Source: Sandaracinaceae bacterium
GTDB taxonomy: Bacteria > Myxococcota_A > Polyangia > Polyangiales > Houyiibacteriaceae
Assembly: GCA_016706685.1 (NCBI GenBank)
Contig: JADJJE010000001.1
Coordinates: 129,575-193,574 of the forward strand
DNA length: 64,000 nt
Reading direction: 5' to 3'
Shown here piece by piece: positions 25,951 through 34,996 of the stretch. The notes below the pieces were generated by a model. It was given only the letters and a program-made list of their open reading frames with translations, made no database searches and was not told where the DNA came from. The position numbers and the translations under genes are program-made. The first letter of the stretch is position 1, and the number at the start of each line of letters is the position of its first letter.

Positions 25951-27311
25951 GGCTCGTCCTCGACATCGGGCACGCCCTCGAAGGAGACCAGGCGCAAGTG
26001 GACGGCGTCCACGCGGTGCCCGTCCACCTCGGTCACGACGATTTCCACGGTGCGCGGGTCATCGCCGCCCGTGGGCTCCTCCTCGACGAGCACGGTGTCG
26101 CCCACCTCGCCCAGACGCCCCAGCTCGAACGTGACCAGCCCTCCGATGGTGTCGTAGGTGTCGCTCTCCGGGATGTGCAGCCCGGTGAGCTCGTTCACCG
26201 AGTCCACGCGCATCAGGCCAGAGAGGTCCCAGCTGCCATCGGATGCGTGCACCGGGTCTTCCTCGTAGTCGTGCTCGTCGCGCACGTCCCCGACGATCTC
26301 TTCCACCAGGTCCTCGAAGGTGACCAGCCCCACCAGCGAGCCGAACTCGTCCACCAGCAGCGCCATGTGGCGCCCGCTCGCGCGCAGGTCGTCCATGAGG
26401 TCATCGAGTGGGATGGAGTCCGGCACGAAGTTCGCCTCGGCCAGGATGGACGTGACCGGCGTGACCGCCCGCTTCTCGAAGGGGATGCGCAGCGCGGCGC
26501 GCACCTCGATGACGCCGATGATCTGGACGTCACCGCCCTGCACGCCTCCGCTGACGGGGAAGCGGGAGTGTCCAGTCTCCTTCGCCAGCGCGATGAACTC
26601 GGCGACGGTGGCCTCCATGGGCACCGAGATGAGCTGCGGGCGCGGCGTCATGGCGTCGCGGGCGTAGCGCTCGCCGAACGCCAGCGAGCGCTCCATCAGC
26701 TCGGCGGTCTCGCGCGCGAGCGTCCCTTGCTTCGCCGAGTGGCGCACCAGGGCGGTGAGCTCTTCGGCGGAGCGCGCCGAGGCCAGCTCCTCCTGCGGCT
26801 CCACACCCAGCTTGCCGAGGATGCGGTTGGCCACCCCGTTGGTGAAGCGGATGGGCCACGCCATGCCGGCGGTGAACGCGCGGTGCAAGCCTTGCACGGC
26901 GCGCGCCGTGGCCATGGGGCGCGCGATGGCCAGGTTCTTGGGGAGCAGCTCCCCGAACAGCATGGTGGTAGCCGTGGCGACCACCAGCGACACCGTGATG
27001 GAGGCCGCGCCCACGGACGCAGCAGGCACACCCAGGTGCAGCAGCAGCGGGAGGATCAGCACCGCGATGGACGGCTCGGCCAGGAAGCCGATGGCGAGGT
27101 TGGTGATGGTGATGCCCAGCTGAGCGCCCGACAGCTGCGTGGAGAGCGAGCGCAGCGCGGTGGCCACGCCCTCGGCCTTCTTGTCACCTTCGCTCGCCGC
27201 CGCCTCCACGGACGCGCGGTTCACGGTGATGAAGGCGAACTCCGCCGCCACGAAGACACCGCAGGCCACCACCAACAAGCCCGCGAGCCCGAGCAGGAGC
27301 GCGGGGGTCAT
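25947..27311 (-). CDS. CNNM/CorC-family transporter (DUF21 + CBS pair + CorC_HlyC domain)
   Basis: VFVAAEFAFITVNR, GAQLGITITNLAIGF, a CBS pair (HMALLVDEFGSLVGLVTFEDLVEEIVGDV), and a C-terminal transporter-associated domain (DGSWDLSGLMRVDSVNELTG...). Start at MTPALL. The ORF opens at 27326. Confidence 0.85.
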   Translation of the reverse strand: MTPALLLGLAGLLVVACGVFVAAEFAFITVNRASVEAAASEGDKKAEGVATALRSLSTQLSGAQLGITITNLAIGFLAEPSIAVLILPLLLHLGVPAASVGAASITVSLVVATATTMLFGELLPKNLAIARPMATARAVQGLHRAFTAGMAWPIRFTNGVANRILGKLGVEPQEELASARSAEELTALVRHSAKQGTLARETAELMERSLAFGERYARDAMTPRPQLISVPMEATVAEFIALAKETGHSRFPVSGGVQGGDVQIIGVIEVRAALRIPFEKRAVTPVTSILAEANFVPDSIPLDDLMDDLRASGRHMALLVDEFGSLVGLVTFEDLVEEIVGDVRDEHDYEEDPVHASDGSWDLSGLMRVDSVNELTGLHIPESDTYDTIGGLVTFELGRLGEVGDTVLVEEEPTGGDDPRTVEIVVTEVDGHRVDAVHLRLVSFEGVPDVEDEP

Positions 27312-27460
27312 GGGCACACCCCGCACGAGACCATGGGATGGTCGGTTCGCCGCGGGTCGGGATCACTGGGGGCAAGCATCGTCGTCATCCGCCGGGGGGC
27401 AGCGCTGCCCTACCCCGTGGTCATACGCCGCGCAAGCCCGCAGGCGCTCTCGGGGGCAGC

Positions 27461-29503
27461 TCAGGCCCCGTCTGGCGTGCCCTCCGCGATGCCCTTGTCG
27501 ATGCCCGCAGCCATGCGCGAAAGAGCTGCAAACCGGCCACGTGGCGCTGTGGCGCCCGGGGGCAGAGCGGCCGCGGCAGCCTTGGTCTCGGCCGAGAGCA
27601 CGCTCACCAGGCCGTTCAAGATGCCCACGTAGTAGCGCAGCTGCTCGGTCACGTCGTCGGTGGCGGGAGACGACGCGTAGCGGTAGCCGGCGCCAATCAC
27701 GCTCTGCATGGTGGCCCGGTCCGGGAACTTGAAGTTGGCCGCCAACGCCAGGCCGAACATGGTGCCGAACTGCTCGATGAGGTCCATGGGGTCCACCGGG
27801 TTGGACGCCTGGTAGGCCGCCTTCGCGAAGGCGATGGTGGTGAAGCTCTTGAGGATGTCGCGGACCTTCGCCACCGGGATGTCGGTGGTGGGCCCGGGCA
27901 GGCTCACCTTTGGGGGTGTGGACGGATAGGTGGCGTCGATGCGCGTGTCGTAGGTGCGGCCCAGCGCCTTGGCCACCTGGTTGGCCACGAAGCGGCCCTC
28001 GTTGATGGCACCGTCCATGTACCCGAGGCTGTGGCGGATGTCGGAGTACTTCTGTGTGGCGGGGTCGAAGTAGCGGGACACGCTGCCCGGGTCCACCTTG
28101 CGCGCCAGCTCGGCGGCCGCGAACCACACGTTCCCGTCCAGCGCCTGGTTGAGGGTCTTGGCGGGGGCGGCCGGTCCTGTGAGCATGTTGGGCCCGAACA
28201 CGGTGTTGGGGCCGCCTCCCGAGAAGGGGGTGTACTCGTTCCAGGTGAAGAGCTGGAGCCCCACGAACAGCCCGCCGTCCACCAGCGCGCGCGGGTCGTC
28301 GAACAGGAAGCACAGGTTCTTCGTGACCAGCTCCGTCACGGCCTCCTTCGACGGGTTGGGGCCCAGGTCGGTCACGTAGTCGCCGATGGTGAACGTCATC
28401 AGGCACCACACGCCAGACCCGTCTTCCGGCGAGTAGTCCATGACCCACGTCACGGGGAAGCTGGAGGCGCCGGAGTAGCCCGTGTACGCGAGCGTGTGGC
28501 TGCTGCGCCACCAGGGCTCCGAGTAGAAGAGCATGCACTTGATGGTGCGGCCCATGGGCTGGTCGCAGAGCGCCTTGTAGCCGTCCGGGAGCGCGGGCGT
28601 GAACGCGAGCTTGCCCACCGTGTGCGGAGACATGGCCACCACCACCTGGCTGGCCTCCCAGACATCGCCGCTCGCCGTGGTGACCGTCACGGTGGCATCG
28701 CCGCGCGTGATGTCGCTGACGACGGCGCCGAACGTGATCTTGTCGCGGATGGGGTCCGCCACCTTCTGCACGAGCGCGTCCACACCGCACCGCAGGTAGT
28801 ACTGTTGCGGGCCGCCCTCTTCGTCGTTGCACTCTTGCAGGAAGCCGTCGTTGCACGCCGAGTACCAAAAGAAATAGAAGGGCGAGATCTGCGGGGGCTC
28901 CACGGAGATGACCGCGTTCACCGCCACGGACACCAGGCTGCGCGCACCCGGCGGCATCCAGTCGGCGCCCAGCCACTCGTCCATGGCGAGCTGGTCGAGG
29001 GCCAGCAGCTCCTTCGGTGAGTTCCACGGCTCGAGCACGTCGATGGCGCGCTCGATGGTCTGGATCTGGTCGATCATGAGCACGGTCGCGAGCAGGTCGA
29101 ACAAGCCGATGCCTGGGGGCAGGCCGCCGATGTCGAACAGGCACTTGTCGCGGTCGTAGCAGTAGCGCTTTCCGTCCACGAGCATGATCTGCTCGCGGTA
29201 GGGCTTGCGCAGCGCGTACCCGTCCACCAGCTGGTCGGGGCAGTGCTCCTGGATGAGCGCCCAGATCGCGGTCTGATCCTGGCCCACGTACTGCGCGCCG
29301 TGCTCCCAATAGAGCTTGTGGGGGCTGCTGGGGTTGGGGTTGTACTCGAAGGAGTACGCACGGCCGCCGAGACGCACCGGGTCCGCCTCCAGCAGCTGGA
29401 AGTCCACGCCCAGCTTCGCGAGCTCCGTCGCCGCCGACACGCCCGTCCAGCCACCCCCAATGATCAACACGTCGGTCTGCTTCTTGGCCATCGCTACCTC
29501 CAT
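27461..29503 (-). CDS. flavin-containing amine oxidase family protein (L-amino-acid/monoamine oxidase-like) with a ~170-aa C-terminal extension
   Basis: DVLIIGGGWTGVSAATELAKLG...LEADPVRLGGR is the FAD dinucleotide-binding motif. The amine-oxidase C-terminal FAD motif is VWFAAAE...GYMDGAINEG. An alternative start is MAKKQ at 29491. Confidence 0.75.
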   Translation of the reverse strand: MEVAMAKKQTDVLIIGGGWTGVSAATELAKLGVDFQLLEADPVRLGGRAYSFEYNPNPSSPHKLYWEHGAQYVGQDQTAIWALIQEHCPDQLVDGYALRKPYREQIMLVDGKRYCYDRDKCLFDIGGLPPGIGLFDLLATVLMIDQIQTIERAIDVLEPWNSPKELLALDQLAMDEWLGADWMPPGARSLVSVAVNAVISVEPPQISPFYFFWYSACNDGFLQECNDEEGGPQQYYLRCGVDALVQKVADPIRDKITFGAVVSDITRGDATVTVTTASGDVWEASQVVVAMSPHTVGKLAFTPALPDGYKALCDQPMGRTIKCMLFYSEPWWRSSHTLAYTGYSGASSFPVTWVMDYSPEDGSGVWCLMTFTIGDYVTDLGPNPSKEAVTELVTKNLCFLFDDPRALVDGGLFVGLQLFTWNEYTPFSGGGPNTVFGPNMLTGPAAPAKTLNQALDGNVWFAAAELARKVDPGSVSRYFDPATQKYSDIRHSLGYMDGAINEGRFVANQVAKALGRTYDTRIDATYPSTPPKVSLPGPTTDIPVAKVRDILKSFTTIAFAKAAYQASNPVDPMDLIEQFGTMFGLALAANFKFPDRATMQSVIGAGYRYASSPATDDVTEQLRYYVGILNGLVSVLSAETKAAAAALPPGATAPRGRFAALSRMAAGIDKGIAEGTPDGA

Positions 29504-29590
29504 CGGTGGCCTGTGGGTGTATCACGCACGCCGCTCGGAACCTACGCCGCAGACGGCCGCGTGAGGGACGTGGTATGAGTCGCGGCGCGC

Positions 29591-32500
29591 ATGCCGAGCT
29601 ACGAGGGCTTCGAGATCAAGGACGTGGTGCATCGCGGTGCGAGGAGCACCGTGTTGCGCGCGGTTCGGCGTGCCGACGACGTGCCCGTGGTGCTCAAGCA
29701 CCCCACCACCGACGTGCCCAGCGCAGGCACCCTGCGGCGCCTGCGCTACGAGCTGGACGTGGGGGCGCGGCTCGCCACGCGCTCGGGGCTACCGTACCTG
29801 GGTGAGCACCGCTTCGGCACGTCGGCGGCCATCGTCATGGAGGACCTGGGTGCCGTGGATCTCGAGCGCCGCTTCGGGAACACGCGGGTGCCCCTCGCCG
29901 AGTGGCTGGTGCTGGCCCGCAAGATCGCGCTGGCCCTGGCCGACCTGCACGCGCTCGGCTTCGCGCACGGTGACGTGAAGCCCGCCAATGTGCTGAGCAC
30001 CGTGTACGGGCGCGTGATGCTGTGCGACTTCGGCAACTCGCTCACCCTCGGCGCGTCACGGCGCTTCGCGTCCCTGGGCGGCACGCTGGCGTACATCCCT
30101 CCGGAGCAAACCGGGCGAACGGACCGCGACCTGGATCACCGGGCCGACCTGTACTCCCTGGGGGCCACGCTGTTCCAGCTCTTGGTTGGGCGCCTGCCCT
30201 TCGAGTACGACGACCCGCTCGCGCTGCTGCATGCGCACTTGGCCCGCAAGGCGCCGCTGGCCAGCTCCATCGCGCGGGGTGTCCCCGCGCCGGTGGACGC
30301 GCTGCTGGACCGGCTGCTGGCCAAGGACCCGCGCGACCGCTACCAGAGCGCCGAGGGCGTGGCGTTCGACCTCGAGCAGATCACGCGTGCCCTGGACACG
30401 CCGGGCGACGCGCTCGACCGCATCGTGTTGGGGACGCGCGACGTCAGCAGCGCCCTGCCGCTCGAGGAGCGTCTGGTGGGCCGCGACGTGGAGCTGCTGG
30501 TGCTGTCCACGGCCTTCGAGCGCCTGGTGCCCGGCACGCCGGAGTTCGTGTTCGTGCGTGGGCCCTCGGGCATCGGCAAGACGGCCCTCGTGCGCGAGCT
30601 GGCGCCGCGCTTCGCGTCGCTGCGTGCCCACGTGTCGTTCGGCAAGTTCGAGGGGCAGAAGCGCCGCGTGCCGCTGCTGGCCATCTTCGAGGCGCTGCGC
30701 TCCCGCATGCGGGCGCTGCTGTCGGAGCCCGAGGAGCAGCTGGCCAAGTACCGGGTGCGCATCAGCGAGGCCATCGGTGCCAACGGCGCGCTGCTGGCGG
30801 AGCGCGTTCCGGAGCTGCGCGCGCTCTTGCCCGAGATGCAGGGTGTCCCCGAGGTGTCGCCCGACGAAGAGCAGGCACGCTTCGGCCAGCTGGCGCAGGC
30901 GTTCTTGTCGGCCCTGTCCACCCAGAGCGAGCCGCTGGTGCTGTTCCTGGACGACCTGCAGTGGGCCGACGACGCGTCGCTCCGCTGGCTCTCGGCGCTG
31001 GCAGGCAGCGGCACCGCGCACGTGCTGGTCATCGGCGCCTATCGCGAGAACGAGGTGGACGCTGCGCATCCGTTGAGCAGCACCCTCGCCACCATTCGCA
31101 CGCGTGCGCGGGTGTCCGAGGTGAGCGTGGGCCCGCTCGAAGAGGCCGACACGCTCGCTCTGGTGTCCGGCTGGCTGGGGCGGCGCGACGCTGCGGTGGC
31201 AAAGCTCGCCGCGGGCCTGCACGCACTCACCCACGGCAGCCCCTTCTACCTGCGGCAGCTCATCGCCACGCTGCACCGCGAGGGCGTCGTCCACTTCGAC
31301 TCCGCCTCCATGCGCTTCGAATGGGACGACGCCGCCATCGAAGCGCGCGGCTACAGCGACAACGTGGTGGAGTTCATGGTGCACGCGCTCACCCAGCTGC
31401 CCGAGGACACGCGCGGGTTGCTCGCGGTGGCGTCCATCGTGGGCACGCGCTTCCAGCTGTCCACCGTGGCTGCGCTCGCCTCCGTGGACGTGGACACCGT
31501 GGACACGGGCCTCGAGCTGCCGCGCCTGCGCCGCTTCGTCGGCCCGGACAGCGACGACGAAGACGGCTATCGCTTCACGCACGACCGGGTGCAAGAAGCC
31601 GCCTACGCGCTCATGCCGCGCGACCAGCGCACCGCCCTGCACCTCTCGGCGGCGCGCATGCTCATGAGCACCGAGCTGCCGGACGCGCGCGTGTTCGAGG
31701 CCATCCGGCACTTCGACGAGGCGCAGGCGCTCATCGAAGACGAAAGCGAGCGGGCGCAGTGGGCCGACCTCGCCCTGCGCGCCGCGCGCCTGGCCAAGAC
31801 TGCGGGGGCTTGGGAGACCGCGCGCCACCATGTGGGCATGGCCGCGAGTCTGCTCGGGCCCGCCCTCCACACGCGCGACTTCACCCGGTTTCGTGCCATT
31901 ACCGAAGAGCTCGCCGAGACCAGCTACCTGCTGGGCGAGTACGCCGCCACCGACGCAGCCATCGACGCCCTGCTCACCCACGCGCGCACCATCGAGGATC
32001 GCGCGGCGGCCTACGTACTGCGGCCCGTGTCGTTGTTGGCGCGCAACGAGCTGGGCGGGTCGCTGTCGGCCGCCAAGCTCATCCTCCGGAACGTGGGCGT
32101 GAAGCTGCCGGCCCGCGCCAAGACGGGGCACATCCTGCGCGGGCTGGCGGTCACCAAGTGGCGTCTGCGCAACGCGACCCCAGCGTCCATGATGGCCCTC
32201 CCCGACGCCTCGTCCACCGAGATGCAGATCGCGCTGCAAATCCTCACGGGCATCAGCGGCACCAGCTTCCTCGCCGAGCCAGAACTCTATCCGCTCATCA
32301 CGGTCGAGGGCATCCGCCTCACGCTTCAGCACGGTGTCTCGGAAGGCTCGGCCGAGTGCTTCGCCGGGTTCGCGGCCGTGCTGGTGTCGGGGCTGTTCGA
32401 CGTGCCGGGTGGGCGCCGCGTGGTGGACCTCGCCAAGGCGCTACTGCTGGGGCCTGGTCGCGCGCAGCGCGTCCACCGTGTGCTGGCGGCGGAGGCCATC

Positions 32501-34972
32501 TTCGTGCTCCCGTGGGAGCGTCCCCTCGGTGAGTCGGTGGAGGCGCTCTTCGACGCCCAACGGGCGGCGAACGAGCAGGGTGACACCCAGTACGCCGCCA
32601 TCGCGGGGCCCGCGGGGTGCTTCCACGCCCTGGTCGCTGGCCAGGAACTGGAGGCGCTCGAGGCCGTGCTCAACCGGCAGCTGGCAGCCTCCGAGCGCAC
32701 GCGCCACCGCTACAGCGAAGGCGACATCCGCCGCCAGCTGGCCTTCGTGCGCTGCCTGCGCGGCACGAGCGCGAGCCCCACTCGCATGGTGGGTCCGGGC
32801 TATGACGAAGACGCCGACTCACACGAGCAAGAGACCGCAGGCGCCAAGAACTCCGCGTCGGCGCTGGCCTGGTATCAGGGCCGGCTGGCGCTGACGTTCG
32901 GCAACCGGGAGCGGGCCAAGGAGCGGGCTATCCGCGCCATGCTGGACGTCGGTGCGCACCAGGGCACACAGCTCACGCCGCAGATCTGGTTCCTGCACGC
33001 TATCGCGCACCTGCGCTTCGACGAGCTGGGGGTGTCCCAGAAGGCGCTGGCGCTGCTGCGCGGCATGGAGCGCGCGGTGCCCACGTCGTTCGGTCACCTG
33101 GCGGATCTCGTGGCCGCCGAGCGCGCACGCGTGAAGAGCAACGCCAACGAGGCCGCGCGCTTCTACGAGCTGGCCGTCAGGCGCGCCCAAGCCGCCGGCA
33201 TGCCGCAAGACGCCGCCCTGGCCGCCGAGCTCGCTGCCGAGTTTTGGCGGCAGCGTGAGGTGCCCACCGTGGCCACCGGCTACCTCGAGCGCGCGCGCAG
33301 CTACTACGCCGCGTGGGGGGCGGGCGCCAAGGTGGCGGCCCTCGACCCGCACTTCGCAGACCGCCTGCCCAGCGAGACCACCAGCACGTCTTCGGGGTCC
33401 ATCACCACCACGGGCAGCAGCTCGCGCTTCGACCTCGACGCGGTGGTGCGTGCGTCCAACGCCATCGCCTCCGAGCGCACCGTGGAGGGCGTGGTGCGCA
33501 ACGTGCTGCTGGCGCTCATCGGCGACGCCGGCGCCGAGCGCGCGGTGCTGCTGCGCGCGGCGGGCAGCGGCGACCTGGCGGTCATCGCCGAGGCCACCTC
33601 CGCGCGCGGCGAAGTGGTCATCCTGGACGTGCCGCTGGATGCGTATCCGGACGTGCCCGCCAAGATCGTCCGTTATGTGGAGCGCTCGGGCTCACCGGTG
33701 GTGCTGCGAAACGCCGCAGTCACAGGCGAATTCACGCGTGACCCGTACGTCATCCGGCGCCGCTCGCGCTCGTTGGTGTGCGCGCCCATCACCGACAAGA
33801 GCGTGCTGGTGGGTATCGTGGTGTTGGAGAACGACCTGGCCGAGGCCTCGTTCACCGCGGGGCGCCTGGACGTCATCACCATGCTGGCCGCGCAGGCCGC
33901 CGTCTCCATCGCCAACGCCGAGCTGTACCAGACGCTGGAGGACCGCGTGCGCGAGCGTACGGAGGCCCTCGAGGTGCGCAACGCGTTCATCCGGCAGATC
34001 TTCGGGCGATACCTGAGCAACGAGGTGGTGGACAGCCTGCTCGAGCGCAGCGAGGGGCTCGCGTTCGGCGGCCAGCGCCGCGAGGTGACCATCGTCTTCT
34101 CCGACCTGCGCGGCTTCTCAACGCTCACCGACGAGCTCGAGCCGGAGCAGGTGGTGCGGCTGCTCAACAACTACCTGAGCGTGATGACCGACATCATCCA
34201 GCGGCACCACGGCACCATCGACGAGATCCTGGGCGACGCCATCCTGTGCATCTTCGGCGCCCCCCTGCGGCGGGCCGACGACGCCGAGCGCGCCATCACG
34301 TGCGCGCTCGAGATGCAGCAGGCCATGGAGCAGGTCAACGCCTGGAACCGCGCACAGGGCCTGCCCGAGGTGGAGATGGGCATCGGCATGCACACGGGCG
34401 ACGCCATCGTGGGCAACATCGGCTCTGAGAAGCGCTCGAAGTACGGCGTGGTGGGGACCCCGGTCAACATCGCCAGCCGAATCGAGTCGTTCACGCTGGG
34501 TGGTCAGGTGCTGGCGTCGGGGGCCACCGTCGCCGCGGTGCGCTCGCCCCTGCACGTGACCAACGAGCTGACGGTGCACCCCAAGGGCTCGCCCGACCCC
34601 ATCCGGCTCGTGGAGATCAGCGGCATCGACGGTGCCACCCCCATCCGCATCGAGCCGGTGAGCCTGCCGCTGTTGCCCCTGCGCGCGCCCCTGACGGTGC
34701 GCTGCGCCATCGTGGAGCGGAAGTCCATCTCGGAGCAGCGCTTCGAGGTGGAGATCATCGCCGCCTCCGCCAAGGGCGCCGAGCTGCGCTCCGCCGTGGC
34801 CATCCCGCTCATGACCGACCTCATGGTGCGCTTCGACGACGCGAGTTCGCGCGTGGCCGACGCGTTCGCCAAGGTGGTGGGCCCAGGCAGCGGCGCGGGC
34901 ACGTACGTGGTCCGCTTCACCACGCTCTCGCCCACGGGGCGCGCGCTGCTGCTGGGGGGCGTGGCGCCGTAG
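29591..34972 (+). CDS. multidomain Ser/Thr protein kinase - STAND P-loop NTPase - TPR-like - GAF - class III nucleotidyl cyclase - PilZ-like protein
   Basis: Approximate domain positions: kinase 29600-30400 (VVLKH Lys, HGDVKPANV, DFG, PPE); P-loop GPSGIGKT near 30565; a long helical/TPR-like region 31200-33300; GAF 33400-33900; cyclase 34070-34560 (FSDLRGFS, GDAILCIFGAP, VNIASRIES); a beta-rich PilZ-like tail 34640-34960. Confidence 0.9.
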   Translation: MPSYEGFEIKDVVHRGARSTVLRAVRRADDVPVVLKHPTTDVPSAGTLRRLRYELDVGARLATRSGLPYLGEHRFGTSAAIVMEDLGAVDLERRFGNTRVPLAEWLVLARKIALALADLHALGFAHGDVKPANVLSTVYGRVMLCDFGNSLTLGASRRFASLGGTLAYIPPEQTGRTDRDLDHRADLYSLGATLFQLLVGRLPFEYDDPLALLHAHLARKAPLASSIARGVPAPVDALLDRLLAKDPRDRYQSAEGVAFDLEQITRALDTPGDALDRIVLGTRDVSSALPLEERLVGRDVELLVLSTAFERLVPGTPEFVFVRGPSGIGKTALVRELAPRFASLRAHVSFGKFEGQKRRVPLLAIFEALRSRMRALLSEPEEQLAKYRVRISEAIGANGALLAERVPELRALLPEMQGVPEVSPDEEQARFGQLAQAFLSALSTQSEPLVLFLDDLQWADDASLRWLSALAGSGTAHVLVIGAYRENEVDAAHPLSSTLATIRTRARVSEVSVGPLEEADTLALVSGWLGRRDAAVAKLAAGLHALTHGSPFYLRQLIATLHREGVVHFDSASMRFEWDDAAIEARGYSDNVVEFMVHALTQLPEDTRGLLAVASIVGTRFQLSTVAALASVDVDTVDTGLELPRLRRFVGPDSDDEDGYRFTHDRVQEAAYALMPRDQRTALHLSAARMLMSTELPDARVFEAIRHFDEAQALIEDESERAQWADLALRAARLAKTAGAWETARHHVGMAASLLGPALHTRDFTRFRAITEELAETSYLLGEYAATDAAIDALLTHARTIEDRAAAYVLRPVSLLARNELGGSLSAAKLILRNVGVKLPARAKTGHILRGLAVTKWRLRNATPASMMALPDASSTEMQIALQILTGISGTSFLAEPELYPLITVEGIRLTLQHGVSEGSAECFAGFAAVLVSGLFDVPGGRRVVDLAKALLLGPGRAQRVHRVLAAEAIFVLPWERPLGESVEALFDAQRAANEQGDTQYAAIAGPAGCFHALVAGQELEALEAVLNRQLAASERTRHRYSEGDIRRQLAFVRCLRGTSASPTRMVGPGYDEDADSHEQETAGAKNSASALAWYQGRLALTFGNRERAKERAIRAMLDVGAHQGTQLTPQIWFLHAIAHLRFDELGVSQKALALLRGMERAVPTSFGHLADLVAAERARVKSNANEAARFYELAVRRAQAAGMPQDAALAAELAAEFWRQREVPTVATGYLERARSYYAAWGAGAKVAALDPHFADRLPSETTSTSSGSITTTGSSSRFDLDAVVRASNAIASERTVEGVVRNVLLALIGDAGAERAVLLRAAGSGDLAVIAEATSARGEVVILDVPLDAYPDVPAKIVRYVERSGSPVVLRNAAVTGEFTRDPYVIRRRSRSLVCAPITDKSVLVGIVVLENDLAEASFTAGRLDVITMLAAQAAVSIANAELYQTLEDRVRERTEALEVRNAFIRQIFGRYLSNEVVDSLLERSEGLAFGGQRREVTIVFSDLRGFSTLTDELEPEQVVRLLNNYLSVMTDIIQRHHGTIDEILGDAILCIFGAPLRRADDAERAITCALEMQQAMEQVNAWNRAQGLPEVEMGIGMHTGDAIVGNIGSEKRSKYGVVGTPVNIASRIESFTLGGQVLASGATVAAVRSPLHVTNELTVHPKGSPDPIRLVEISGIDGATPIRIEPVSLPLLPLRAPLTVRCAIVERKSISEQRFEVEIIAASAKGAELRSAVAIPLMTDLMVRFDDASSRVADAFAKVVGPGSGAGTYVVRFTTLSPTGRALLLGGVAP

Positions 34973-34996
34973 CGGGTTTGCGCGAGGCGCCTCGAG

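Noticed and set aside
30022-32532. 836-aa (+) and 758-aa (-, 30056-32332) ORFs inside the kinase gene
   Set aside because: They are in alternative and antisense frames of a gene with clear kinase and P-loop motifs. The products are Arg/Pro/Gly-rich nonsense.
29591-34972. STAND NTPase-TPR giant protein as an Avs/NLR-like antiphage sensor
   Set aside because: The N-terminal effector is a conventional Ser/Thr kinase. The C-terminus is GAF-cyclase signalling machinery. There is no nuclease, TIR, protease or other death effector, and no mobile or defence-island context.
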